Assembly (NCBI GenBank): GCA_965649825.1
Contig: OZ287705.1
Coordinates: 704,214 to 768,213, forward strand
Length of the DNA: 64,000 bases
Source: Penicillus capitatus
Lineage: Eukaryota > Plantae > Chlorophyta
Direction of reading: 5' to 3'
The translations under genes and the position numbers were made by a program. The notes under the pieces were generated by a model. It worked only from the letters and a program-made list of their open reading frames with translations, was not told where the DNA came from and did no database searches. This document shows positions 48,665 through 60,500 of this stretch, piece by piece (positions within the stretch are counted from its first letter, which is position 1; every line of letters begins with the position of its first letter).

Positions 48665-49348
48665 CTATTGCGTCTTGGTTTTTGGATTCTTGATTGGTAT
48701 GGATCGTATGATGAAAAGTGTTGTCTCCAACACCAGTCCAAAAACAAGACCAAGCACACCTCCCAGAGCTTGAAGCACAGGGCTGTCAGCGAATGCCCTT
48801 GAACCAAAACTGCCAAGCAAGAAGAAAACGAGCATGGTTATGAGAACATGTGCACCAAAGGACAGCTGCATTCGAGCGTTTGGCAGAAAATTGAAGGAGT
48901 TGTCTTCGAAATCCCTCTTCGCGACGTTATGAACCATCTGCTGATACTTACGATCTTCTTCCTTTCTTCGGAGTTCTTCCAGCTTCTCCAAGAATTCCGG
49001 ACTGTACTGTCGCTTTCTTGGTGGAGATACAACGATACGAGATCCTTTGCAGACTTCATTGATCCAAGGGCCGTCCTTCTCAGTGCCTCGAAGGGCCAGA
49101 CAGCACTTCTTCACCAGGGCGAAGGGAACTGAAGCTTCTTTGCGAGACAGTCGTGCGTCTTCCTTCAGCGCCGGGGATATGTCTGTGGCTTCGTCTACCA
49201 TTGTCAGCAGCTCACAAAGCGTATTCGTCATTGAGACGCGCATATTTCGTGACGACCCACCACCCCTCTCGAAACGCAAGCCGCTGAGCTCTTGACGGGA
49301 CAGCACAGAAAGCCGTTGGCGAATAGCGTCCGTAGTCAACGCAGTCAA
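48665..49348 (-). CDS. VMA12: V-ATPase assembly factor VMA12/TMEM199 (true start exon unresolved)
   Basis: RQYSPEFLEKLEELRRKEEDRKYQQMVHNV...QLSFGAHVLITMLVFFLLG...GLVFGLVLETTLFIIR with Lys-rich tail. Confidence 0.85.
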   Translation of the reverse strand: MTALTTDAIRQRLSVLSRQELSGLRFERGGGSSRNMRVSMTNTLCELLTMVDEATDISPALKEDARLSRKEASVPFALVKKCCLALRGTEKDGPWINEVCKGSRIVVSPPRKRQYSPEFLEKLEELRRKEEDRKYQQMVHNVAKRDFEDNSFNFLPNARMQLSFGAHVLITMLVFFLLGSFGSRAFADSPVLQALGGVLGLVFGLVLETTLFIIRSIPIKNPKTKTQ

Positions 49349-51066
49349 TGTGTGTACGTTCGTACTCGTGATGCTCTGGTATTGTCGTCTTCGAAGTTGC
49401 CTTCGAAGTCATCTCTTTTCGACCCGGCCGTTCTGCCATCCATCTGCCTTCGTTTATCACACGCATAAACACGTACTTGACGATTGTTTCGCTTTTGGAC
49501 TTAACAACACGTTGAAATAAGCCTGATGCAGTCGGAAACGATTCTGCATCGTTTTTTGCAATCTCTATATAAACTCTAAAGCAATGCCTGAGTTGGTTTC
49601 TGCTAGTTGACATGTGGATGGAGGTTGCATACGAGAGTCCAAATGGACGGTCGGACAAGATCGTTTGCGGTGGGAGAAGGGTGGGAACAACGACGCGTCC
49701 GGCGATAAACCAGTACGGATGTTATCGCGTGGAGTCAGTCGATTACCGGACATGAAGAACAGGTGGAGATGTTCTCGAGGAGTCTGCCTGAATGTATGGT
49801 TCCGTGAAAGCGAAAGATATCGTCTTCATAAAGAATGTTAATCCAGACATGATGGTAGCGGAGCTGAAGTCTGTCCGTCACCTGAGGATATCGAGAATGA
49901 GTCTGTGTCTGAACTATGGTCCTTTGTTTGCAACCCACCTCTTATGTGCCATTGAGTGAAGTGCAGCTAGTGTGATAAGGACGTCATCGCGATATGGTGC
50001 TGTGAAGCGTGGTTGAAGGGGTGGCGCACTTTCCGTGTGCTGCTATGTAGAGTGAAGCTGGCGTGATGTAGACGTCATCTTTTGCGCTGTAGCGAGGAAA
50101 GTTGGGTGATGCTGGTGCCATCGAAAGCACATCCATGTACCATATCCTGTGGGGCAGAGTGTGACCAATACCTGACCTCATTTCCTGTGTATCCGTGCCT
50201 ACCTGAATGCTCCTCATGTAACGAAGAAGCCGATGTTCCATCCGGTGATGAAATGACTGCATTTGACCATTGCGACGTCATCAACTACGTTCGGAAAAGC
50301 CACATTCGTTTGCGGGAATATGGAACGACGCGCGTCTCAGTTCGCTCAACCCTAGGTCTTTGAGCCGTTCTGCGACACCGTCGGATGCTTTCCCGCCGAC
50401 TGCAGAGAAGATTCCTTTTTTGTGGAGCTCGATACGTCGATCCTTGGCGAGTTTGGTCAACTATCCGCGGTCGCCAAAGCGCAACATCCGCAACAAGTCC
50501 TCGTCATCGTGGCGGTAAATTCCTCTCCATTGCGTCCACAAGGGGCAGTGCTTTTGTGCATTTAAGAACTGGATGAGAAGAGCATTGACGAACATCCAGT
50601 ATCTCATGGACGAGCATACGATCCTGGAAAAACTCTCCAAGATATGCGTGAAAGATACCAAAGAGCTGCCGTGCGTCGATCCGAACACCGTCGACATCGA
50701 CATCGTTCCACAGGTTGTGTGTGTCCCGAGAGCCGATCGGGTTCATTTTCACATCTACAGATCTGCCACATCATGAAAGTGCTGACGCAGCAAATAGAAG
50801 ACTGTGACGATGTCAACCTTAAACAGGTGCACGAACAGGCACAGTTGAACATTTTGTCTCTACAGAAGCTATGTGCATGCAGGTTGTCCTATACTTTACC
50901 GAATCTGTGTGCCGCATCGTGGTATCTCTGGACCGAGCGGATTCCGATTTGAAGCGCATTCTACCTATTCTGGATTATACATTTAAAGCGGTAGAATCGT
51001 TGCTGCTTTCTCGAAAGTAAAGATTTGCGCGTTCTTTCAATGTCTCACATATTCATGTGTCCTTGG

Positions 51067-51097
51067 TTGGCTGAATTTGGCTGAATTTGACTGAATT
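51067..51097. repeat. Short tandem repeat (TTGGCTGAAT)x3, imperfect
   Basis: ttggctgaat ttggctgaat ttgactgaat seen directly. Confidence 0.7.
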
Positions 51098-51556
51098 CTG
51101 TGTCACGGAACGATCATGAAGACCTGTTCAAACATTTCGCGTCAGTGGTCGTTAAACTGTCTGAAATTATTCTTCAAGGACGCGCGAGAGAGAAAACTGC
51201 AAGCACCGCCTGCCATCACCTGACTGGACTGGGTCTTGATGATTTTCATTCACGGCTGAAAATCATTATGGTTTGTGTTCAGGAAAGAAGTGTTTCTCAG
51301 AAGCCATGCACCAAGCCGACGACGGAAAATAATAAACGCGCTGTCCTGCTCGGTTGGTTGCTCAAGTACGAAGAACAAAGCGACGATTTTCTCAGACCGC
51401 ATGCTGTCCTTGAGTACTCTCAATTGGCCAGAATTGCATCCCGTTCTATACGTGACAAAGGCTTTCTGAGGAACCGCGTCTACACCCTTTGTTCCTGTGT
51501 CCGCCAAGGGGAGTTTCTAGACCGAAATTCGCCGTTGCTCTCCACAGAGCCCTCGC

Positions 51557-54500
51557 GCACATCAGGTTGCAACCTGATCCGTAAGTACGATTTCGAAGTG
51601 CAAGATGCCGGCGCGACACGCTGCAGGCGCGTGTGGAAGTTGTCGGCCGGACCCATTAGGTGCGGTTGGATTTGAATTCGGCGGTAGAAATCGTCAGGTT
51701 TGGCGTATCCGACGGTCAGGGTGAAATTCCGGCTCGGCCAACGGAGGGCCGATAGTGCGCGAAGTCTGCCGTTGAGGGGTCGTAACACCTCTAAGAGCGT
51801 GTTGGGTGCGGATGGCGGGTCGCCCATCCCACCCCATTGGCGTCTTGGTGCGCCCAAGTGCTGGAGCCCAGCGGCACATCAGGTGTAACCTGACCTGTGA
51901 GTACGATCTGGAAGTGCACGATGCCGCCGGCGACACGGTCGAGCGAGGGTGGGGATGGGTCGGCGGGGTCGAGTGGATGCCGACGGACCCTTGATTGGAG
52001 CCCGACGGCGGCGTGCTCGGCCTGTGGCGCGGTATTTCCGGATTCGACATTTCGGCAGATTGCGGCCGACGGAGGGCCCACCGTCGGCAATCTTCGACGC
52101 AGACGGGTGCGGGACGCCTAGGGACACGTCGCGGATGCCAATCACCGGAGGCTCGTTTGGCTTTGGGCGGTGTCGTACGGGGTTGAAATCGTGGCGGTTA
52201 CGTCGCATCAGGTGTAACCTGGCCTGTCAGTACGATCTGGAAGTGCACGATGACGCCGGCGACACGGTCGAGCGAGGGTGGGGATGGGTCGGCGGGGTCG
52301 AGTGGATGCGGACGGACCCTTGGTTGGAGCCCGACGGCGGCGTGCTCGGCCTGTGGCGCGGCCTTTCCGGATTCGACATTTCGGCAGATTGCGGCCGACG
52401 GAAGGCCCACCGTCGGCAGTCTTCGACGCAGACGGGTGCGGGACGCCTCGGGACACACCGCGGATGCCGATCGGTGCAAGCTCGTTTGGCTTTGGGCGGT
52501 GTCGTACGGGGTTGAAATCGTGGCGGTTACGTCGCATCAGGTGTAACCTGGCCTGTCAGTACGATCCGGAAGTGCACGATGACGCCGGCGACACGGTCGA
52601 GCGAGGGTGGGGATGTGTCGGCGGGGTCGAGTGGATGCGGACGGACCCTTGGTTGGAGCCCGACGGCGGCGTGCTCGACCTGTGGCGCGGCCTTTCCGGA
52701 TTCGACATTTCGGCAGATTGCGGCCCACGGAGGGCCCACCGTCGGCAGTCTTCGACGCAGACGGGTGCGGGACGCCTCTGGACTCGCCGCGGATGCCGAT
52801 CACCGGAGGTTCGTTTGGCTCTGGGCGGTGTCGTACTTGGTTGAAATCGAGGCCGTTACGTCGCATCAGGTGTAACCTGGCCTGTCAGTACGATCTGGAA
52901 GTGCACGATGACGCCGGCGACACGGTCCAGCGAGGGCGGGGATGTGTCGGCGGGGTCGAGTGGATGCCGGAGGACCCTTGGTTGGAGCCCGACGGCGGCG
53001 TCCTCGGGCTGTGGCGCGGCGTTTCCGGATTCGACATTTCGGCAGACCACGGCCCACGGAGGGCCCACCGTCGGCAGTCTTCGACGCAGACGGGTGCGGG
53101 ACGCCTCGGGACACGTCGCGGATGCCGATCACCGGAGGTTCGTTTGGCTTTGGGCGGTGTCGTACTTGGTTGAAATCGAGGCCGTTACGTCGCATCAGGT
53201 GTAACCTGGCCTGTCAGTACGATCTGGAAGTGCACGATGACGCCGGCGACACGGTCCAGCGAGGGCGGGGATGTGTCGGCGGGGTCGAGTGGATGCCGGC
53301 GGACCCTTGGTTGGAGCCCGACGGCGGCGTCCTCGGGCTGTGGCGCGGCGTTTCCGGATTCGACATTTCGGCAGATTGCGGCCCACGGAGGGCCCACCGT
53401 CGGCAGTCTTCGACGCAGACGGGTGCGGGACGCCTCGGGACTCGCCGCGGATGCCAATCGGTGGAGGCTCGTTTGGCTTTGGGCGGTGTCGTACGGAGTT
53501 GAAATCGTGGCCGTTACGTCGCATCAGGTGTAACCTGGCCTGTCAGTACGATCTGGAAGTGCACGACGACGCCGGCGACACGGTCGAGCGAGGGTGGGGA
53601 TGTGTCGGCGGGGTCGAGTGGATGCTGTAGGACCCTTGGTTGGAGCCCGACGGCGGCGTCCTCGGGCTGTGGCGCGGCCTTTCCGGATTCGACATTTCGG
53701 CAGATTGCGGCCGACGGCGGGCCCACCGTCGGCAATCTTCGACGCAGACGGGTGCGGGACGCCTCGGGACTCGCCGCGGATGCCAATCGGTGGAGGCTCG
53801 TTTGGCTTTGGGCGGTGTCGTACGGAGTTGAAATCGAGGCCGTTACGTCGCATCAGGTGTAACCTGGCCTGTCAGTGACTCGCAGAAGTGCACGACGACG
53901 CCGGCGACACGGTCGAGCGAGGGTGGGGATGTGTCGGCGGGGTCGAGTGGATGCTGTAGGACCCTTGGTTGGAGCCCGACGGCGGCGTGCTCGGGCTGTG
54001 GCGCGACCTTTCCGGATTCGACATTTCGGCACACTGCGGCCGACGGAGGGCCCACCGTCGGCAGTCTTCGACGCAGACGGGTGCGGGACGCCTCGGGACA
54101 CACCGCGGATGCCAATCGGTGGAGGCTCGTTTGGCTCTGGGCGGTGTCGCACTTGGTTGAAATCGAGGCCGTTACGTCGCATCAGGTGTAACCTGGCCTG
54201 TCAGTACGATCTGGAAGTGCACGATGACGCCGGCGACGCGGTCGAGCGAGGGCGGCAATGTGTCGGCGGGGTCGAGTGGATGCCGACGGACCCTTGGTTG
54301 GAGCCCGACGGCGGCGTGCTCGGGCTGTGGCGCGACCTTTCCGGATTCGACATTTCGGCACACTGCGGCCGACGGAGGGCCCACCGTCGGCAGTCTTCGA
54401 CGCAGACGGGTGCGGGACGCCTCGGGACACACCGCGGATGCCAATCGGTGGAGGCTCGTTTGGCTCTGGGCGGTGTCGCACTTGGTTGAAATCGAGGCCG

Positions 54501-57500
54501 TTACGTCGCATCAGGTGTAACCTGGCCTGTCAGTACGATCTGGAAGTGCACGATGACGCCGGCGACGCGGTCGAGCGAGGGCGGCAATGTGTCGGCGGGG
54601 TCGAGTGGATGCCGACGGACCCTTGGTTGGAGCCCGACGGCGGCGTGCTCGGGCTGTGGCGCGACCTTTCCGGATTCGACATTTCGGCAGACCGCGGCCG
54701 ACGGAGGGCCCACCGTCGGCAGTCTTCGACGCAGACGGGTGCGGGACGTCTCGGGACACACCGCGGATGCCGATCGGTGCAAGCTCGTTTGGCTTCGGGC
54801 GGTGTCGTACTTGGTTGAAATCGAGGCCGTTACGTCGCATCAGGTGTAACCTGGCCTGTCAGTACGATAAGGAAGTGCACGATGACGCCGGCGACGCGGT
54901 CGAGCGAGGGCGGCAATGTGTCGGCGGGGTCGAGTGGATGCCGACGGACCCTTGGTTGGAGCCCGACGGCGGCGTCCTCGGGCTGTGGCGCGACCTTTCC
55001 GGATTCGACATTTCGGCAGACCGCGGCCGACGGAGGGCCCACCGTCGGCAGTCTTCGACGCAGACGGGTGCGGGACGTCTCGGGACACACCGCGGATGCC
55101 GATCGGTGCAAGCTCGTTTGGCTTTGGGCGGTGTCGTACTTGGTTGAAATCGAGGCCGTTACGTCGCATCAGGTGTAACCTGGCCTGTCAGTACGATCTG
55201 GAAGTGCACGATGACGCCGGCGACGCGGTCGAGCGAGGGTGGGGATGGGTCGGCGGGGTCGAGTGGATGCGGACGGACCCAAGTTTGGCGACCGACGGCG
55301 GCGTTCTCGGGCTGTGGCGCGGCCTTTCCGGATTCGACATTTCGGCAGATTGCGGCCCACGGAGGGCCCACCGTCGGCAGTCTTCGACGCAGACGGGTGC
55401 GGGACGCCTCGGGACACACCGCGGATGCCGATCGGTGCAAGCTCGTTTGGCTCTGGGCGGTGTCGTACTTGGTTGAAATCGTGGCGGTCACGTCGCATCA
55501 GGTGTAACCTGGCCTGTCAGTACGATCTGGAAGTGCACGATGCCGCCGGCGACACGGTCGAGCGAGGGTGGGAATGTGTCGGCGGGGTCGAGTGGATGCT
55601 GACGGACCCTTGGTTGGAGCCCGACGGCGGCGTGCTCGGGCTGTGGCGCGACCTTTCCGGATTCGACATTTCGGCAGATTGCGGCCCACGGAGGGCCCAC
55701 CGTCGGCAGTCTTCGACGCAGACGGGTGCGGGACGCCTCTGGACTCGCCGCGGATGCCGATCACCGGAGGTTCGTTTGGCTCTGGGCGGTGTCGTACTTG
55801 GTTGAAATCGAGGCCGTTACGTCGCATCAGGTGTAACCTGGCCTGTCAGTACGATCTGGAAGTGCACGATGACGCCGGCGACACGGTCCAGCGAGGGCGG
55901 GGATGTGTCGGCGGGGTCGAGTGGATGCCGGAGGACCCTTGGTTGGAGCCCGACGGCGGCGTCCTCGGGCTGTGGCGCGGCGTTTCCGGATTCGACATTT
56001 CGGCAGACCACGGCCCACGGAGGGCCCACCGTCGGCAGTCTTCGACGCAGACGGGTGCGGGACGCCTCGGGACACGTCGCGGATGCCGATCACCGGAGGT
56101 TCGTTTGGCTTTGGGCGGTGTCGTACTTGGTTGAAATCGAGGCCGTTACGTCGCATCAGGTGTAACCTGGCCTGTCAGTACGATCTGGAAGTGCACGACG
56201 ACGCCGGCGACACGGTCGAGCGAGGGTGGGGATGGGTCGGCGGGGTCGAGTGGATGCCGACGGACCCTTGGTTGGAGCCCGACGGCGGCGTGCTCGGGCT
56301 GTGGCGCGACCTTTCCGGATTCGACATTTCGGCACACTGCGGCCGACGGAGGGCCCACCGTCGGCAACCTTCGACGCAGACGGGTGCGGGACGCCTCGGG
56401 ACACGTCGCAGATGCCAATCGGTGGAGGCTCGTTTGGCTCTGGGCGGTGTCGTACGGAGTTGAAATCGTGGCGGTCACGTCGCATCAGGTGTAACCTGGC
56501 CTGTCAGTACGATCTGGAAGTGCACGACGACGCCGGCGACGCGGTCCAGCGAGGGTGGGGATGTGTCGGCGGGGTCGAGTGGATGCCGACGGACCCTTGG
56601 TTGGAGCCCGACGGCGGCGTCCTCGGGCTGTGGCGCGGCCTTTCCGGATTCGACATTTCGGCAGATGACGGCCGACGGAGGGCCCACCGTCGGCAGTCTT
56701 CGACGCAGACGGGTGCGGGACGCCTCGGGACACACCGCGGATGCCAATCGGTGGAGGCTCGTTTGGCTCTGGGCGGTGTCGTACGGAGTTGAAATCGAGG
56801 CCGTTACGTCGCATCAGGTGTAACCTGGCCTGTCAGTGACTCGCAGAAGTGCACGACGACGCCGGCGACACGGTCGAGCGAGGGTGGGGATGTGTCGGCG
56901 GGGTCGAGTGGATGCCGACGGACCCTTGGTTGGAGCCCGACGGCGGCGTGCTCGGCCTGTGGCGCGACCTTTCCGGATTCGACATTTCGGCACACTGCGG
57001 CCGACGGAGGGCCCACCGTCGGCAGTCTTCGACGCAGACGGGTGCGGGACGCCTCGGGACACACCGCGGATGCCAATCGGTGGAGGCTCGTTTGGCTCTG
57101 GGCGGTGTCGCACTTGGTTGAAATCGAGGCCGTTACGTCGCATCAGGTGTAACCTGGCCTGTCAGTACGATCTGGAAGTGCACGATGACGCCGGCGACGC
57201 GGTCGAGCGAGGGCGGCAATGTGTCGGCGGGGTCGAGTGGATGCCGACGGACCCTTGGTTGGAGCCCGACGGCGGCGTGCTCGGGCTGTGGCGCGACCTT
57301 TCCGGATTCGACATTTCGGCAGATTGCGGCCCACGGAGGGCCGACCGTCGGCAGTCTTCGACGCAGACGGGTGCGGGACGCCTCGGGACACGTCGCGGAT
57401 GCCAATCGGTGGAGGCTCGTTTGGCTTTGGGCGGTGTCGTACTTGGTTGAAATCGTGGCGGTCACGTCGCATCAGGTGTAACCTGGCCTGTCAGTACGAT

Positions 57501-60500
57501 CTGGAAGTGCACGATGACGCCGGCGACACGGTCGAGCGAGGGTGGGAATGTGTCGGCGGGGTCGAGTGGATGCCGACGGACCCTTGGTTGGAGCCCGACG
57601 GCGGCGTACTCGGGCTGTGGCGCGACCTTTCCGGATTCGACATTTCGGCAGATTGCGGCCCACGGAGGGCCCACCGTCGGCAGTCTTCGACGCAGACGGG
57701 TGCGGGACGCCTCTGGACTCGCCGCGGATGCCGATCACCGGAGGTTCGTTTGGCTCTGGGCGGTGTCGTACTTGGTTGAAATCGAGGCCGTTACGTCGCA
57801 TCAGGTGTAACCTGGCCTGTCAGTACGATCTGGAAGTGCACGATGACGCCGGCGACACGGTCCAGCGAGGGCGGGGATGTGTCGGCGGGGTCGAGTGGAT
57901 GCCGGAGGACCCTTGGTTGGAGCCCGACGGGGGCGTCCTCGGGCTGTGGCGCGGCGTTTCCGGATTCGACATTTCGGCAGACCACGGCCCACGGAGGGCC
58001 CACCGTCGGCAGTCTTCGACGCAGACGGGTGCGGGACGCCTCGGGACACGTCGCGGATGCCGATCACCGGAGGTTCGTTTGGCTTTGGGCGGTGTCGTAC
58101 TTGGTTGAAATCGAGGCGGTCACGTCGCATCAGGTGTAACCTGGCCTGTCAGTACGATCTGGAAGTGCACGACGACGCCGGCGACACGGTCGAGCGAGGG
58201 TGGGGATGGGTCGGCGGGGTCGAGTGGATGCCGACGGACCCTTGGTTGGAGCCCGACGGCGGCGTCCTCGGGCTGTGGCGCGGCCTTTCCGGATTCGACA
58301 TTTCGGCAGATGACGGCCCACGGAGGGCCCACCGTCGGCAACCTTCGACGCAGTCGGGTGCGGGACGCCTCGGGACACGTCGCAGATGCCAATCGGTGGA
58401 GGCTCGTTTGGCTCTGGGCGGTGTCGTACGGAGTTGAAATCGTGGCGGTCACGTCGCATCAGGTGTAACCTGGCCTGTCAGTACGATCTGGAAGTGCACG
58501 ACGACGCCGGCGACGCGGTCCAGCGAGGGTGGGGATGTGTCGGCGGGGTCGAGTGGATGCCGACGGACCCTTGGTTGGAGCCCGACGGCGGCGTCCTCGG
58601 GCTGTGGCGCGGCCTTTCCGGATTCGACATTTCGGCAGATGACGGCCGACGGAGGGCCCACCGTCGGCAGTCTTCGACGCAGACGGGTGCGGGACGCCTC
58701 GGGACACACCGCAGATGCCAATCGGTGGAGGCTCGTTTGGCTCTGGGCGGTGTCGTACGGAGTTGAAATCGAGGCGGTCACGTCGCATCAGGTGTAACCT
58801 GGCCTGTCAGTACGATCTGGAAGTGCACGATGACGCCGGCGACACGGTCCAGCGAGGGCGGGGATGTGTCGGCGGGGTCGAGTGGATGCCGGCGGACCCT
58901 TGGTTGGAGCCCGACGGCGGCGTCCTCGGGCTGTGGCGCGGCGTTTCCGGATTCGACATTTCGGCAGATTGCGGCCCACGGAGGGCCCACCGTCGGCAGT
59001 CTTCGACGCAGACGGGTGCGGGACGCCTCGGGACTCGCCGCGGATGCCAATCGGTGGAGGCTCGTTTGGCTTTGGGCGGTGTCGTACGGAGTTGAAATCG
59101 TGGCCGTTACGTCGCATCAGGTGTAACCTGGCCTGTCAGTACGATCTGGAAGTGCACGACGACGCCGGCGACACGGTCGAGCGAGGGTGGGGATGTGTCG
59201 GCGGGGTCGAGTGGATGCTGTAGGACCCTTGGTTGGAGCCCGACGGCGGCGTCCTCGGGCTGTGGCGCGGCCTTTCCGGATTCGACATTTCGGCAGACTG
59301 CGGCCGACGGCGGGCCCACCGTCGGCAATCTTCGACGCAGACGGGTGCGGGACGCCTCGGGACTCGCCGCGGATGCCAATCGGTGGAGGCTCGTTTGGCT
59401 TTGGGCGGTGTCGTACGGAGTTGAAATCGAGGCCGTTACGTCGCATCAGGTGTAACCTGGCCTGTCAGTGACTCGCAGAAGTGCACGACGACGCCGGCGA
59501 CACGGTCGAGCGAGGGTGGGGATGTGTCGGCGGGGTCGAGTGGATGCCGACGGACCCTTGGTTGGAGCCCGACGGCGGCGTGCTCGGCCTGTGGCGCGGC
59601 CTTTCCGGATTCGACATTTCGGCACACTGCGGCCCACGGCGGGCCCACCGTCGGCAGTCTTCGACGCAGACGGGTGCGGGACGCCTCGGGACTCGCCGCG
59701 GATGCCAATCGGTGGAGGTTCGTATGGCTCTGGGCGCTGTCGTACTTGGTTGAAATCGTGGCGGTCACGTCGCATCAGGTGTAACCTGGCCCGTCAGTAC
59801 GATCTGGAAGTGCACGACGACGCCGGCGACGCGGTCGAGCGAGGGTGGGGATGTGTCGGCGGGGTCGAGTGGATGCCGACGGACCCTTGGTTGGAGCCCG
59901 ACGGCGGCGTGCTCGGCCTGTGGCGCGGCCTTTCCGGATTCGACATTTCGGCACACTACGGCCGACGGCGGGCCCGCCGTCGGCAATCTTCGACGCAGAC
60001 GGGTGCGGGACGCCTCGGGACTCGCCGCGGATGCCAATCGGTGGAGGTTCGTATGGCTCTGGGCGCTGTCGTACTTGGTTGAAATCGTGGCGGTTACGTC
60101 GCATCAGGTGTAACCTGGCCTGTCAGTACGATCTGGAAGTGCACGATGACGCCGGCGACACGGTCGAGCGAGGGTGGGGATGGGTCGGCGGGGTCGAGTG
60201 GATGCCGACGGACCCTTGGTTGGAGCCCGACGGCGGCGTCCTCGGGCTGTGGCGCGGCCTTTCCGGATTCGACATTTCGGCAGACTACGGCCCACGGCGG
60301 GCCCACCGTCGGCAGTCTTCGACGCAGACGGGTGCGGGACGCCTCGGGACTCGCCGCGGATGCCAATCGGTGGAGGTTCGTATGGCTCTGGGCGCTGTCG
60401 TACTTGGTTGAAATCGTGGCCGTTACGTCGCATCAGGTGTAACCTGGCCTGTCAGTACGATCTGGAAGTGCACGATGACGCCGGCGACACGGTCGAGCGA

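Noticed and set aside
1-49348. Non-standard ulvophyte code (TAA/TAG = Gln)
   Set aside because: Conserved genes end at TAA (SAYSD1, USP, exonuclease) and TAG (HOP2, lectin), and no in-frame TAR was needed inside exons.
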